Assembly (NCBI GenBank): GCA_023511535.1
Contig: JAIMBK010000004.1
Location: 340-64,339, forward strand
Direction: 5' to 3'
Source: Armatimonadota bacterium
GTDB taxonomy: Bacteria > Bacillota > Desulfotomaculia > Desulfotomaculales > Nap2-2B
DNA: 64,000 nucleotides
A program made the position numbers and the translations under genes. The notes under the pieces were generated by a model. The model saw nothing but the letters and a program-made list of their open reading frames with translations, was not told the origin of the DNA and searched no databases. Below, piece after piece: positions 34,974-45,215 of the stretch; position 1 is the first letter of the stretch; each line of letters starts with the position of its first letter.

Positions 34974-35759
34974 TCAGCAATTCCCTTGAAAAGTACGGGC
35001 TAATCTGTTGATCGCCGTGGCCAGGGCGGCAGCCCCGAAGCCGTTGTCGATGTTGACCACACCTACCCCGGCGGCGCAACTGTTGAGCATTCCCAAAAGG
35101 GCGGCTAAACCGCCGAAACTCGCCCCGTATCCGACGCTCGTCGGGACGGCAATCACCGGCCGGTCGGTTAAGCCGCCGACCACCCCGGGCAGAGCCCCTT
35201 CCATGCCGGCCACGACAATAATCACGGCCGCCTGTTGAAATAAATCCCGGTGATCCAGCAGGCGGTGCAGGCCGGCAACACCCACGTCAAACAGGGTTTC
35301 GACCGGATTGCCCATGGCCCGGGCGCATACGGCCGCTTCCTCGGCAACGGGAAGATCCGCCGTCCCGGCGCTGACGATCAGCACTTTGCCCGGAAAGACG
35401 GGTTTCTCCGGCATACCGTGGATCAGGCAGCGGGCAGCCGGGAAATACTGAACGTCCGGACAAAATTCGCGCACGGCCAGGTAAGCTCGCTTCCCCGCCC
35501 TGGTACCCAAAACCGTCCGGTGGGCGCCGGCCAGCCGCCGGAAAATTTCGGCTACCTGCTCCGGCTTTTTTCCGGCGCAAAAAATAACCTCCGGAAACCC
35601 GCAGCGGATGCTCCGGTGGTGATCTATTTTGGCAAAGCCCAGGTCCTGGTAAGGAAGATTTTTCAATTCCGCAAGAGCCTCGTCAACGCTGATCTCCTTT
35701 TGCACAAGGCGGTCTAACAAGTCATTAAGTTTTTGTCGGTCCATTTTCTCCATCCTCAA
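34974..35759 (-). CDS. larB: Nickel-pincer cofactor biosynthesis protein LarB (PurE-like NaAD carboxylase/hydrolase)
   Basis: The 261-aa ORF has HHRSIRCGFPEVIFCAGK and a PurE-like C-domain. Confidence 0.8.
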   Translation of the reverse strand: MRMEKMDRQKLNDLLDRLVQKEISVDEALAELKNLPYQDLGFAKIDHHRSIRCGFPEVIFCAGKKPEQVAEIFRRLAGAHRTVLGTRAGKRAYLAVREFCPDVQYFPAARCLIHGMPEKPVFPGKVLIVSAGTADLPVAEEAAVCARAMGNPVETLFDVGVAGLHRLLDHRDLFQQAAVIIVVAGMEGALPGVVGGLTDRPVIAVPTSVGYGASFGGLAALLGMLNSCAAGVGVVNIDNGFGAAALATAINRLARTFQGNC

Positions 35760-35791
35760 TAAATTGCGTCTGTTATGGCCGGCCGTTGCTT

Positions 35792-36604
35792 TTAAATATC
35801 CCGGTGCACCAGCAGATCGTTTAAACCGCCGCTCCGCAAACCGGCCAGATCCACGCTCACGTAAAGGAATCCGAACTGCTTCAAGGCTTGATCAATCTCC
35901 TCCCGGAGAGACGGATTGCTGAGCCGCCCGATCTGGCCGGGCGGCAGTTCCAGGCGGGCTACCGGACCGTGGTGGCGGACGCGTACCGGAGAAAAACCGC
36001 GTTCGGCAAGGAACTCTTCGGCCCGGGCGATTTGTTGCAGTTTTTCCCCGGTAATTAACTCTCCGTAAGGAATGCGGGTGGCCAGGCAGGGTTGGGCCGG
36101 CTGGTTCCAGTTCGGGAGGCCCAGCTCCCGGGCCAGGCGGCGGACCTCCTCCTTTGTCAGCCCGGCTTCCAGCAGGGGGCTGCGCACCCCCATCTCCCGG
36201 GCTGCCCGCAGGCCCGGGCGAAAATCGCCGGTGTCGTCGGCGTTGGCCCCGTCCAGAACAACTTCGGCTCCCATTTCCCGGGCTATCTCGCTCATTGCCC
36301 GGTAAACATGAAGCTTGCAGAGATAACAGCGTTCGGGAGGGTTCTGCCGGAATTCCGGGTCGCTTAAGGCTTTGCCCGGAACAACAACGTGCCGGACGCC
36401 CAGCAGGGCGGCCAGCCGCTTCGCCCGGTCCGCCTCCCCGGGCGCGGCCAGGGGGGAATCGATGGTTGCGGCAATCACACGGTCGCCCAGGATATCCGCA
36501 GCTATTTTCAAAATCAGCGTGCTGTCCACGCCCCCCGAAAACGCCACCACCGCACCGTCAAAAGCAAAAGTGATGCTCCGGAGGTGCGCTATCTTTTCCT
36601 GCAT
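35792..36604 (-). CDS. larE: ATP-dependent sacrificial sulfur transferase LarE (PP-loop)
   Basis: The 270-aa ORF has the PP-loop AFSGGVDSTL and a conserved Cys context (CYLCK). Confidence 0.8.
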   Translation of the reverse strand: MQEKIAHLRSITFAFDGAVVAFSGGVDSTLILKIAADILGDRVIAATIDSPLAAPGEADRAKRLAALLGVRHVVVPGKALSDPEFRQNPPERCYLCKLHVYRAMSEIAREMGAEVVLDGANADDTGDFRPGLRAAREMGVRSPLLEAGLTKEEVRRLARELGLPNWNQPAQPCLATRIPYGELITGEKLQQIARAEEFLAERGFSPVRVRHHGPVARLELPPGQIGRLSNPSLREEIDQALKQFGFLYVSVDLAGLRSGGLNDLLVHRDI

Positions 36605-36828
36605 CGCTTTCCCCGCCCCTACCCTTTTTTAATACCATCATTTTATTCCGTCCCGCCCCCACCGTCAAGAAAAGCTTTGCTGCCGGTTCTCATCTCTTGC
36701 TTTTCAACACCTTGACGGGCGGTCAAAATTTATCCTATATTAAGACCATGGCAGGGGAAAGGAAGTGAGCGGGAAAACCGCAAAGAATCAAGAATAAAAT
36801 AATTTTAGAACGAGGTGCTTTGTTTGCC

Positions 36829-38607
36829 ATGAGACTGGAATTCACAGCGGAACTGGGCAGACGCCTGGGAGACGTGGCGCTCGGGAAAGAACCCGCCGAC
36901 CTGATCATCAAAGGAGCCAGGCTGTTAAACGTCTACACCGGTGAAATCTTGAAAGACCAGGAGGTGGTCATTGCCGGAGAAAGAATTGCTTACGCGGGAC
37001 CGGAGCACGACTTCCCCGCCGGGGCCCGGACGAAAGTGATCGACGTGGACGGTCAGACGCTCGTTCCCGGCTTCATCGACGGCCACGCCCACATTGATTC
37101 CCTGCTGCAAGTGGACGAGTTCATCCGGCTGTCGCTCCCGGGCGGAACCACCACCGTCATTACCGACTGCTCCGTTATCTCCAACGCCATGGGCCTGGAG
37201 GGAGTGCTTATCTTTTTAGATCAGCTCGGCAACCAGCCCCAAAGGATATTTACCGCCGCGCCGGTCATCTCCTTCCGGCGGTCCGACCGGGGAGCAGGCA
37301 AAAAGGCCATCAGCCTGGCCGAAATGATCGCCCTTTTGGACAGGCCCGAAGTTGCCGGCCTGGGGGAAATTTACTGGTCCGACCTGTTAAATGATTCTTT
37401 CCGGGGTGATCTGGTCAGGCTCATTGAAGCCGCCATTACCCGGGACAAAACCGTGGAAGGCCACGGCGCAGGTGCCCGCAACCGGAAGCTGGCGGCCCTG
37501 GCGGCACACGGCGCGGACTCCTGCCACGAACCGATCACTGCCGAAGAAGTCCGGGAAAGACTGCGCCTGGGGCTGGCCACCATGATCCGGGAAGGTTCCA
37601 TCCGCCGGGAACTGGCGGCGGTAATCCCGCCCCTGGCCGGAATGGACCTCGACTTACGCCGGGCCATTTTGGTTTCGGACGGCATCTGGCCGCACGAACT
37701 GGCTGAGTACGGCCACATGGATTACATCGTCCAAAAAGCCATCGACCTGGGGCTGGAACCCGTCCGGGCCGTTCAGATGGCCACCTTGAACGCAGCCGAA
37801 CATTTTCACTTGGACGGCGACCTGGGCGGCATCGCCCCGGGCAAATGCGCGGACCTGGTGGTAATTCCCGATTTAAAAACCATCAAAGCGCAGCTGGTGA
37901 TTTGCCGGGGGCAAGTCGTCGCCCGCGAAGGAAAGCTCCTGACGGAGCCGGGGACGCAAGCTTACCCGGACAAGGTTTACCAAAACATTAAGCTTGCGCC
38001 CGTAGATGCCGGCTTTTTCCGCCTTCCCGCAGGTTCCCCGGGGGCAAAAGTGCGGGTCATGGAAATCGTGACGGACATCGTGAACCGCGAAACCGCTCTG
38101 ACCCTGCCGGTGGTGGACGGTGCCGTGGACATTGCCGGAGAGGAAGATCTGCTTAAAGCGTCCGTCATTGAACAGCACGGCGGGAACGGCCAGCGCTCCC
38201 TGGGATTCCTGAAGGGCTACGGACTGCGCCGCGGCGCCCTGGCCTGCAGCATCAGCTTTGACGAAGGAAACCTGATTGTCGTCGGCAAGGAAGACCGGGA
38301 CATGGCCTGCGCCGTCAACCGGATCAGGGAATTAAACGGCGGGCTGGTCTATTGTTGCAACGGCCGGGTCGAAGACGAAATCCCGCTTCCCGTTTTCGGC
38401 AAAATAAGCACCCTTTCCGGACCGGAAGCGGCCGCCCGGCTCGGCTCCTTTTTGAAAAATTTAAAGGCGGCGGGCTGCCGGGGCGAAAACCCGCTGTTAA
38501 CTTTGCTTACCATTACCTTCACCGCCATTCCCGCTTTGCGGCTCCTTTCGAGAGGGTACTGGCTGGCGAAGGAAAGCCGGGCGGTAGATATTTTCGTCGC
38601 CAATTAA
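36829..38607 (+). CDS. ade: Adenine deaminase (amidohydrolase superfamily)
   Basis: About 590 aa, with LVPGFIDGHAHIDS and adenine-deaminase length and architecture. The ATG at 36829 lies 11 nt after a GAGGTG SD. Confidence 0.7.
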   Translation: MRLEFTAELGRRLGDVALGKEPADLIIKGARLLNVYTGEILKDQEVVIAGERIAYAGPEHDFPAGARTKVIDVDGQTLVPGFIDGHAHIDSLLQVDEFIRLSLPGGTTTVITDCSVISNAMGLEGVLIFLDQLGNQPQRIFTAAPVISFRRSDRGAGKKAISLAEMIALLDRPEVAGLGEIYWSDLLNDSFRGDLVRLIEAAITRDKTVEGHGAGARNRKLAALAAHGADSCHEPITAEEVRERLRLGLATMIREGSIRRELAAVIPPLAGMDLDLRRAILVSDGIWPHELAEYGHMDYIVQKAIDLGLEPVRAVQMATLNAAEHFHLDGDLGGIAPGKCADLVVIPDLKTIKAQLVICRGQVVAREGKLLTEPGTQAYPDKVYQNIKLAPVDAGFFRLPAGSPGAKVRVMEIVTDIVNRETALTLPVVDGAVDIAGEEDLLKASVIEQHGGNGQRSLGFLKGYGLRRGALACSISFDEGNLIVVGKEDRDMACAVNRIRELNGGLVYCCNGRVEDEIPLPVFGKISTLSGPEAAARLGSFLKNLKAAGCRGENPLLTLLTITFTAIPALRLLSRGYWLAKESRAVDIFVAN

Positions 38608-38757
38608 GGGGTTCAATTTTTGTTTAAGAGGAAGTTGACAGGGGCGGGAAAGGGTTTTATACTTTACTTTGTAAATTGTTTGTTGGGATGGAAAGACTGT
38701 ATGTGCGTATGTGCGCCGCGGTGTTTTACGCCGCGGCTTTTTAATTGGCCGGCCCTT

Positions 38758-39162
38758 CTACCCGGCGATGATTTTTACCAGGACTTTTCTTTGCCGGGGT
38801 CCGTCGAACTCGCAAAAGAAGATGCCCTGCCAGGTGCCCAGAACCAGCCGGCCGTTGCTGATAAAAATGGTTTGGGAGGCACCCAGCAGGCCGGCCTTGA
38901 TGTGCGCGGCGGCGTTTCCTTCGGTGTGCCGGTAGTCACCCTGCCAGGGTACCATTTTTTCCAGCTGGTTTAAAATATCCTGGACAACGGTAGGGTCGGC
39001 GTTTTCGTTAATGGTGATGGCCGCGGTGGTATGCGGTACGTAAAGGTAACAAACCCCTTCCCGGATGCCGGCGTCGGCCACCAGCTGCCTGACCTGGCCG
39101 GTAATGTCGATGAATTGCGAGCGGGAAGAAGTTTTGACGTCCAGAATATTGTAGCCGCTCAT
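38758..39162 (-). CDS. yjbQ: YjbQ/UPF0047 family (secondary thiamine-phosphate synthase) protein
   Basis: The 134-aa ORF has [16 protein letters not shown] and GNAAAHIKA. Confidence 0.8.
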   Translation of the reverse strand: MSGYNILDVKTSSRSQFIDITGQVRQLVADAGIREGVCYLYVPHTTAAITINENADPTVVQDILNQLEKMVPWQGDYRHTEGNAAAHIKAGLLGASQTIFISNGRLVLGTWQGIFFCEFDGPRQRKVLVKIIAG

Positions 39163-39188
39163 TTTTTCTACCCCCCTCGCCCCCCATT

Positions 39189-39686
39189 TTACAACGAGGC
39201 CAGGTGAAAAGCAAGCTCAACCGCTTCGGCGGCGCTTTTCGCCGGGTGAACGGCAAAAGACCGCCCGGGCCGGGTCAACTCCCAGGTGAACAGGCCGACA
39301 ACGGGCTTCCCCATTTTTAAGGCCAGCCCAATCTCCGACAGGGTTCCGTAGCCGCCGGAAATGGCGATTAAAGCGTCGGATGCGCAGGCGATCACGGCGT
39401 TGCGCGCATCGCCCAGGCCCGTGGCCAGCGCCACCGTCAGATAAGGGTTGCCTTCCCGGCGGCTGTTTCCGGGAAGAATCCCCACCACCAGCCCTCCGGC
39501 CAGCTGCGCCCCCCGGGCGGCGGCCTCCATCACCCCCCGGCGGCCTCCGCAAATGAGCACGCCCTTCCGGCGGGCAATTTCCCGCCCCACTTCTTCGGCC
39601 AGGCGGGTTTCCTCTTCTGTACATTCCCCTGCGCCAATTACCCCAATGTAGGTTGAATTATTTGAAATGTTATAAAAATCCCTCAT
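39189..39686 (-). CDS. TIGR00725 / LOG-like Rossmann-fold nucleotide-binding protein
   Basis: The sequence is [40 protein letters not shown]. The ATG at 39686 lies 5 nt after a GGAG SD. Confidence 0.65.
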   Translation of the reverse strand: MRDFYNISNNSTYIGVIGAGECTEEETRLAEEVGREIARRKGVLICGGRRGVMEAAARGAQLAGGLVVGILPGNSRREGNPYLTVALATGLGDARNAVIACASDALIAISGGYGTLSEIGLALKMGKPVVGLFTWELTRPGRSFAVHPAKSAAEAVELAFHLASL

Positions 39687-39868
39687 TGCAACTCCGCTCA
39701 ACCTTAATTCAGCTGTTGTTCACTCGCCGGCAAACGTCTCAGGTAATTGCAAGCTTTACCATTATCCTGAATTTCACCGCCTGTACGGCGCCAACCGCTC
39801 CAGGCGGTAAAATTCCCTTTCGGCGCCCGCGTCGGGTGTCCGCTGCCCCGGCACCCGGCGTCCATCGT

Positions 39869-39906
39869 CTGACGGCCGGCGACTGACGGCCGGCGACTGA
39901 CGGCCG
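39869..39906. repeat. 2.7 tandem copies of the 14-nt unit CTGACGGCCGGCGA
   Basis: Read directly from the sequence. It lies in the rex / TIGR00725 intergenic region. A related motif (CGACGACTGACGACCGACGACTG) occurs at 6178-6200. Confidence 0.85.
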
Positions 39907-39912
39907 TTCTTC

Positions 39913-40554
39913 TTACAGACTTTGCGCGGCTTTAAAGCAGAGGTTAAAGGTAAGGATCTCCAGTTTGACGGAAAGGTCGACGTTCCGCACCTCAATCCGG
40001 TCCGGCAGGTTTAAAGTGATGGGGGCGAAGTTCAAAATGGCTTCCAGGCCGTTTTTCACCATGTATTCGGCCACGTCCTGGGCGGCCCGCGGCGGTACGG
40101 CAATGATCCCGATCCGCACCTTGTGCTTTTCAATCACTTCCGGCATTTTCTCCATCGGGAGCACTTCCAGGTGTCCGATCATTTTGCCGATTTTCATCAG
40201 ATCGTTATCGAAAACGGCGGCAATTGAAAACCCCCGGTCGTTAAATCCTTTGTAGGTACAAAGGGCAAAGCCCAGGTTCCCGGCGCCGACCAGGATTAAA
40301 GGCCACTTTTGATCGAGCCCCAGTATTTTCAACGTATAACGCATCAAATCTTTAACGTTATAACCGACTCCACGGGTGCCGAATTCACCAAAGTAGGCCA
40401 GATCCTTGCGTACCTGAGCAGGACTGACCCCAACTCCTTCGGCGATTTCGCCCGAGGAAACGGTAGTCACCCCGTTCCGGTCCAACCTTTCCAGGTACCG
40501 GGAGTAGACAGACAGCCTGGTGACCGTGGCCTCCGGCACTCGTAATGTTTTCAC
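39913..40554 (-). CDS. rex: Redox-sensing transcriptional repressor Rex
   Basis: The sequence is [53 protein letters not shown] with a Rossmann GAGNLG. The likely start is the GTG at 40554, 7 nt after an AAAGGAGG SD. Confidence 0.85.
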   Translation of the reverse strand: MKTLRVPEATVTRLSVYSRYLERLDRNGVTTVSSGEIAEGVGVSPAQVRKDLAYFGEFGTRGVGYNVKDLMRYTLKILGLDQKWPLILVGAGNLGFALCTYKGFNDRGFSIAAVFDNDLMKIGKMIGHLEVLPMEKMPEVIEKHKVRIGIIAVPPRAAQDVAEYMVKNGLEAILNFAPITLNLPDRIEVRNVDLSVKLEILTFNLCFKAAQSL

Positions 40555-40676
40555 GCTGGCTCCTCCTTTAGCAAACAAGGTCAGTTAATTTTCAGAACAG
40601 TATTTAAACAGTTCTCCTTAAATGTACTCAAATTCACATGCTCACTTTCTTTTATAACATCCTCAGGGCACTTTTG

Positions 40677-41972
40677 TCAAATTGTTTTTAATTCGCGAAA
40701 AGCCGCGGCGGCTGCTTCAATGGTATAATCGATCTGCTCTTCAGTATGGGCGGCGGAAATGAACATGGCTTCAAACTGGGAAGGCGCCAGGTAAACGCCC
40801 CGGTCCAGCATTTTTCTAAAGAACGCGGCATACCGGGAGGTATCGGAAGAAAGGGCGGTTTCGTAATCAACCACTTCTTTTCCGGTAAAGAAAGCACAGA
40901 GCAGCGACCCGACGCGGTTGACCGCCACCGGCAAACCTGCTTCCCGGGCGGCATTCTGCAGGCCGGCGGCCAGGCGGGCGCCTTTTTCTTCCAGCTCCCG
41001 GTAAATTTCCGGCTGCCGTAAAACTTTTAAGGTAGCCAGGCCGGCGGTAACGGCCAGGGGGTTGCCGGACAGGGTGCCGGCCTGGTACACGGGCCCCTGG
41101 GGAGCAACCTGTTCCATGATTTCCCTTTTTCCGCCGTATGCCCCCACCGGCAATCCTCCGCCGATGATTTTGCCCAGGCAGGTGAGGTCGGGAGTGATGC
41201 CGTACAGCCCCTGGGCGCCGCCATAAGCCACCCGGAAGCCGGTAATGATTTCATCAAAAATCAGCAAAGCGCCGGAGCGGCGCGTAATCTCCCGCACACC
41301 TTGCAAGAAGCCGGCCCACGGCGGCACCACGCCCATATTGCCGGCCACGGGCTCGATAATCACGGCGGCGATGCGGGCACCCTCCTGCGCGAAGATTCTC
41401 TCCAGCGTTTCCAGATCGTTATAAGGGGCGGTGATGGTATTCACGGCAACGTCGGGCGGAATCCCGGGGCTGGTGGGCACACCGAAAGTAAGGGCGCCGG
41501 AACCGGCCTGCACCAGCAGGTAATCGGCGTGACCGTGATAGCAGCCCGCGAATTTGACGATTTTCGGGCGTCCGGTCCAGGCCCGGGCCAGCCGCAGGGC
41601 GCTCATGGCCGCCTCTGTTCCCGAATTGACCAGGCGCACCATTTCGCACGAAGGAACGGCGGCCGCAATGGTCCTGGCCAGTTCAATCTCCAGTTCCGTA
41701 GGCGCGCCGAAGCTGGTCCCCCGCTCCAGGCACTCCGCCAGGGCCGCCACGACCTCCGGGTGGCGGTGACCCAGAATGAGCGGTCCCCACGAACAAATGT
41801 AGTCGATGTACCGGTTGCCGTCTACGTCGTAAAGGAATGGACCGTTTCCCCGGTCGATGAAAACGGGGTCCCGCCCGACGGCCCGAAAGGCCCGCACGGG
41901 GCTGTTTACCCCTCCCGGCAGCCAGCGCCGGGCTTCGGCAAACAATTGTGAGGACCGGCGGTAATCAGGCAT
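40677..41972 (-). CDS. hemL: Glutamate-1-semialdehyde 2,1-aminomutase
   Basis: The 431-aa ORF has the class III aminotransferase pattern and [10 protein letters not shown]. Confidence 0.9.
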   Translation of the reverse strand: MPDYRRSSQLFAEARRWLPGGVNSPVRAFRAVGRDPVFIDRGNGPFLYDVDGNRYIDYICSWGPLILGHRHPEVVAALAECLERGTSFGAPTELEIELARTIAAAVPSCEMVRLVNSGTEAAMSALRLARAWTGRPKIVKFAGCYHGHADYLLVQAGSGALTFGVPTSPGIPPDVAVNTITAPYNDLETLERIFAQEGARIAAVIIEPVAGNMGVVPPWAGFLQGVREITRRSGALLIFDEIITGFRVAYGGAQGLYGITPDLTCLGKIIGGGLPVGAYGGKREIMEQVAPQGPVYQAGTLSGNPLAVTAGLATLKVLRQPEIYRELEEKGARLAAGLQNAAREAGLPVAVNRVGSLLCAFFTGKEVVDYETALSSDTSRYAAFFRKMLDRGVYLAPSQFEAMFISAAHTEEQIDYTIEAAAAAFRELKTI

Positions 41973-42015
41973 GAGTAAAGCCTCCCCCGGAAATAGCTTC
42001 TACCCTTCTTTTATC

Positions 42016-42492
42016 TCAGGTTTCCTCCAGGAAATACTTCATGCTGCTTTTCTTTAATTCGGCGGTGCTGAAAAGCACCAGGTAGTCGGTCAGGCCGGCG
42101 GCCGCGGCGAGGCGGGCGGCCTTTTCCCGGCACTGCTCCTCCGTTTGGCCGTGGATGACAGTATACAGATTATAGGGCCACCCGGGCGCACGGATTCGTT
42201 CGTAACAATGGCTTACTTCGGAAAAAGAAGCCATGATCCGGCCGGCTTCCTGGACGCGTTCGTCCGGCACCTGCCAGACCACCATGGCGTTGGCCACGTA
42301 CCCCAGGTCCTGATGGCGCACGGCGGCGCCGAACCGGCGGATGATTCCCCGATCAATAAATTCCTGGACTTTGGCCAGCACTTCCGGTTCGCTTAAGTGC
42401 AGCTTTCGGGCAATCGCCAGAAAAGGCCGGCTGACCAAAGGAAGGCCTTTTTGGAGTTCCCGGATCAGCGCTTGATCAAGTTTATTCAACAT
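42016..42492 (-). CDS. Siroheme decarboxylase subunit (AhbA/AhbB type; Lrp/AsnC-like NirDLGH family)
   Basis: The 158-aa ORF starts MLNKLDQALIRELQKGLPLVSRPF. Its context is the Ahb cluster. Alpha versus beta identity cannot be resolved by eye. Confidence 0.7.
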   Translation of the reverse strand: MLNKLDQALIRELQKGLPLVSRPFLAIARKLHLSEPEVLAKVQEFIDRGIIRRFGAAVRHQDLGYVANAMVVWQVPDERVQEAGRIMASFSEVSHCYERIRAPGWPYNLYTVIHGQTEEQCREKAARLAAAAGLTDYLVLFSTAELKKSSMKYFLEET

Positions 42493-42500
42493 AGAACCCC

Positions 42501-42953
42501 TTAAGCAAGGTCAAAATTTACCCGGATTTTAAAAATATTTATCGCCGGAAGGAGGAGATATTCGTTTATGCCCGTGCGCTCTTTGATTTCCTCCACAATT
42601 TTGTTCAGTCCGGCCTCCGAACCGGCCAGGACGGTAAACCACATGTTGTATTCGTGATCCCGCAAGTAATTATGGGTTACCCCGGGGTGCCTGTTCACCT
42701 CGGCGGCAACCTCGGCAATCCGCTCCGGGGGTACTTTAAAAGCACAAAGAGTGCCTTTGTAGCCCACCTTCCGGGAATCAAAGATGGCACCCAGCCGCCG
42801 GATTACCCTTTTTTCGATCAACCGCCGCAGGCGGGCGATCACCTCTTCCTCGGCAATTCCCAGCTCCCGCGCCAGCTCGCGGTAAGGCTCGGGCGCCACC
42901 GGCAAACGGGTTTGCACCAGATTCAGCAGGCGTTTGTCCAGATCATCCAGCAT
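42501..42953 (-). CDS. Siroheme decarboxylase subunit (AhbA/AhbB type; Lrp/AsnC-like NirDLGH family)
   Basis: The start was chosen at [24 protein letters not shown]. This overlaps the end of the upstream radical SAM gene by 11 nt. Confidence 0.7.
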   Translation of the reverse strand: MLDDLDKRLLNLVQTRLPVAPEPYRELARELGIAEEEVIARLRRLIEKRVIRRLGAIFDSRKVGYKGTLCAFKVPPERIAEVAAEVNRHPGVTHNYLRDHEYNMWFTVLAGSEAGLNKIVEEIKERTGINEYLLLPAINIFKIRVNFDLA

Positions 42954-44040
42954 TCGAAAAAGCCCGTCCTCTTGCCTCGCGAACCCCGCCCCGGTAACTG
43001 CACAACGGCTCTTCGGCCATATAATCGCCGGTGTAATAGTAAGCGCGGGCCCGGCAGCCGCCGCAAATTTTTCGATATGCGCAGACACCGCAGGCGCCCC
43101 CGTAGGCGCCCGAACGGAGCCGCTTCAACACCGGGTGCTCCCGCCACAATTCGCCGAAAGAAACCTCCCGGACGTTTCCCAGCGGGATGTTCAGGTAAGC
43201 GCACGGCTGGACATTCCCCCGCGGGTCGATGATGCAGTAAGCAATGCCCGCCAGGCAGCCGCGGCTGAACCGGGTGGCCAGGCCCATCTGCCGGGCGATG
43301 CGCATAAACTGGGGGGCGCAGGTCGGCTTTAGTTCGATATCGACCTGTTGCTGTTTCCGGAGGATGCGCCGCAGTAAGTCTTCGTACTGCTCCGCGCGCA
43401 AAGATTCTTCTTCAATCTTGACCGCCCGCCCGGTGGGCACCAGAAAGAAAATATGGTGGGCCCGGGCTCCTTTTTCCACGGCAAAGTCGGTCAAAGCCTC
43501 TACCTCGCGGCAGTTCCAATCAACCACCGTGGTGTTCACCTGGAAAGGAAGCCCTGCCTCGCGGCAAACCCGCATCCCTTCCACCGCCGCCTGCCAGGCG
43601 CCGGGGGAACCGCGCCATTCGTCGTGCCGCCGGGGGTCGACGCTGTCCAGGCTGATGCCCATCGCCCGGGCGCCGGCTTCTTTTAACCGGCGGACCAGCT
43701 CCGGGGTCAGCAGGGTACCGTTGGTGCCGAAGACGGGCCGCAGGCCCCGGCGGGCGGCATGTTCGACCAGGGTGACGATATCCGGGCGTAAAAGGGGCTC
43801 TCCCCCGCTAAAAATCATTATTTTAAACCCCGCCCGGGCAATTTCGTCAATCAGGGCCAGCCCTTCGGCGGTGGTTAATTCCTCCCGGGCCTTTTCTCTG
43901 GCGTCGCGGTAGCAGTGCCGGCAACGCAGGTTACATTCGTTGGTGGTGTTCCAGGAAATGATCACCTTATCCTTCCTCCCGCGGCGGGTATTATCCCGCC
44001 CTGCCGCTTGCGTTATGCAAATGATGATTTCTTGCTTCAC
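42943..44040 (-). CDS. ahbD: Radical SAM/SPASM enzyme of the NirJ/Ahb family, tentatively AhbD (heme synthase)
   Basis: It has the CNLRCRHC radical SAM motif and a Cys-rich SPASM-like tail ([22 protein letters not shown]). The likely start is the GTG at 44040, which overlaps the hemB stop. The AhbC versus AhbD assignment is tentative. Confidence 0.55.
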   Translation of the reverse strand: MKQEIIICITQAAGRDNTRRGRKDKVIISWNTTNECNLRCRHCYRDAREKAREELTTAEGLALIDEIARAGFKIMIFSGGEPLLRPDIVTLVEHAARRGLRPVFGTNGTLLTPELVRRLKEAGARAMGISLDSVDPRRHDEWRGSPGAWQAAVEGMRVCREAGLPFQVNTTVVDWNCREVEALTDFAVEKGARAHHIFFLVPTGRAVKIEEESLRAEQYEDLLRRILRKQQQVDIELKPTCAPQFMRIARQMGLATRFSRGCLAGIAYCIIDPRGNVQPCAYLNIPLGNVREVSFGELWREHPVLKRLRSGAYGGACGVCAYRKICGGCRARAYYYTGDYMAEEPLCSYRGGVREARGRAFSNAG

Positions 44041-45017
44041 ATTTCTTCGGCCAGCCAGCGGGCGGCGTCTTTGGCGTGATAGGTCAGGATGAGGTCGGCG
44101 CCGGCGCGCTTGATCGCGGTCAGGATCTCCATCACGACGGCGCGCTCGTCGAGCCACCCCTTTTGGGCCGCCGCCTTGACCATGGCGTATTCCCCGCTGA
44201 CGTTATAGGCGGCTACCGGACAACCGAACCGGTCCCGGACCCGGCGGAGGACGTCCAGGTAGGCCAGGGCCGGTTTGACCATCACGATATCGGCCCCTTC
44301 TTCAAGGTCGAGCTCTGCTTCCCGGAGGGCCTCCCGGGCGTTGGGAAAGTCCATCTGGTAGGTTTTCCGGTCGCCGAACTGCGGAGCTGAACCGGCCGCC
44401 TCCCGGAACGGACCGTAAAAGGCGGAAGCGTACTTGGCCGAGTACGCCATGATGGGAACCTCCACGTACCCCGCTTCATCCAGCGCTTCCCGGATGGCCT
44501 TCACCCGGCCGTCCATCATGTCGGAAGGGGCGACCAGATCCGCCCCCGCCCGGACGTGGGAAAGGGCGGTGCGGGCCAGCAGTTCCAGGGTGGGGTCGTT
44601 TAACACCCGGCCGTCTTTCACGACGCCGCAGTGCCCATGGCTGGTGTATTCGCAAAGGCATACATCGGTAATGACCAGCAGGTCCGGCAGTTCCTTTTTG
44701 ATGGCGCGGACGGCCTGCTGCACAATGCCCTCGTCGGCGTAGGCTTCCGTAGCGGCCTCGTCTTTTACAAGCGGAATGCCAAAGATAATGGTCGCCTTGA
44801 CGCCCAGGGCCCTGGCCTCCGCCAGTTCCGCCAGCAGGGTGTCGACGGAAAAATTATAAACGCCGGGCATCGCTTCTACGGCCTTGCGCACCCCCCGGCC
44901 GTGCGTTACAAAAACGGGATAAATCAGGTCGTCCGCCGTCAGGCGGGTTTCCCTCACCATCTGGCGCAGGCGCTCATTTGCCCGCAGCCGGCGAAGACGC
45001 GTAACCGGGTAACCCAT
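44037..45017 (-). CDS. hemB: Porphobilinogen synthase (delta-aminolevulinate dehydratase)
   Basis: The 326-aa ORF has RRLR, the Zn-site Cys cluster [14 protein letters not shown] and the active-site Lys regions. Confidence 0.9.
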   Translation of the reverse strand: MGYPVTRLRRLRANERLRQMVRETRLTADDLIYPVFVTHGRGVRKAVEAMPGVYNFSVDTLLAELAEARALGVKATIIFGIPLVKDEAATEAYADEGIVQQAVRAIKKELPDLLVITDVCLCEYTSHGHCGVVKDGRVLNDPTLELLARTALSHVRAGADLVAPSDMMDGRVKAIREALDEAGYVEVPIMAYSAKYASAFYGPFREAAGSAPQFGDRKTYQMDFPNAREALREAELDLEEGADIVMVKPALAYLDVLRRVRDRFGCPVAAYNVSGEYAMVKAAAQKGWLDERAVVMEILTAIKRAGADLILTYHAKDAARWLAEEM

Positions 45018-45159
45018 TGTTTTCCCTCCTTAAAAAAATTAACCAGAACGCAAAGATTCGCCGGTATTAATCATGATGATCGGCTTATTTAGGCCGGTTC
45101 CTTTTCCTGAACCCTGAAAATACCCCTCTGTGGGTGCTACTAAAAAGCATCATGGAGGT

Positions 45160-45215
45160 CTAATTCCCATCCCCCAATTCCTAATTCCTAACCCCTGATT
45201 CCTGATTTCTAATCC
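45160..45215. repeat. Tandem approx. 8-nt units of the AATTCCTAA family
   Basis: The sequence is CTAATTCCCATCCCCCAATTCCTAATTCCTAACCCCTGATTCCTGATTTCTAATCC. It covers the ahbC stop codon. Positions 45171-45204 match the reverse complement of 51007-51043 at about 31 of 33 positions. Confidence 0.85.

Noticed and set aside
40628-40652. Candidate Rex operator ATGTACTCAAATTCACAT upstream of rex
   Set aside because: Only one half-site (TTCACA) is good. The left half matches 4 of 6 positions. The site is too weak to call without a position weight matrix scan.
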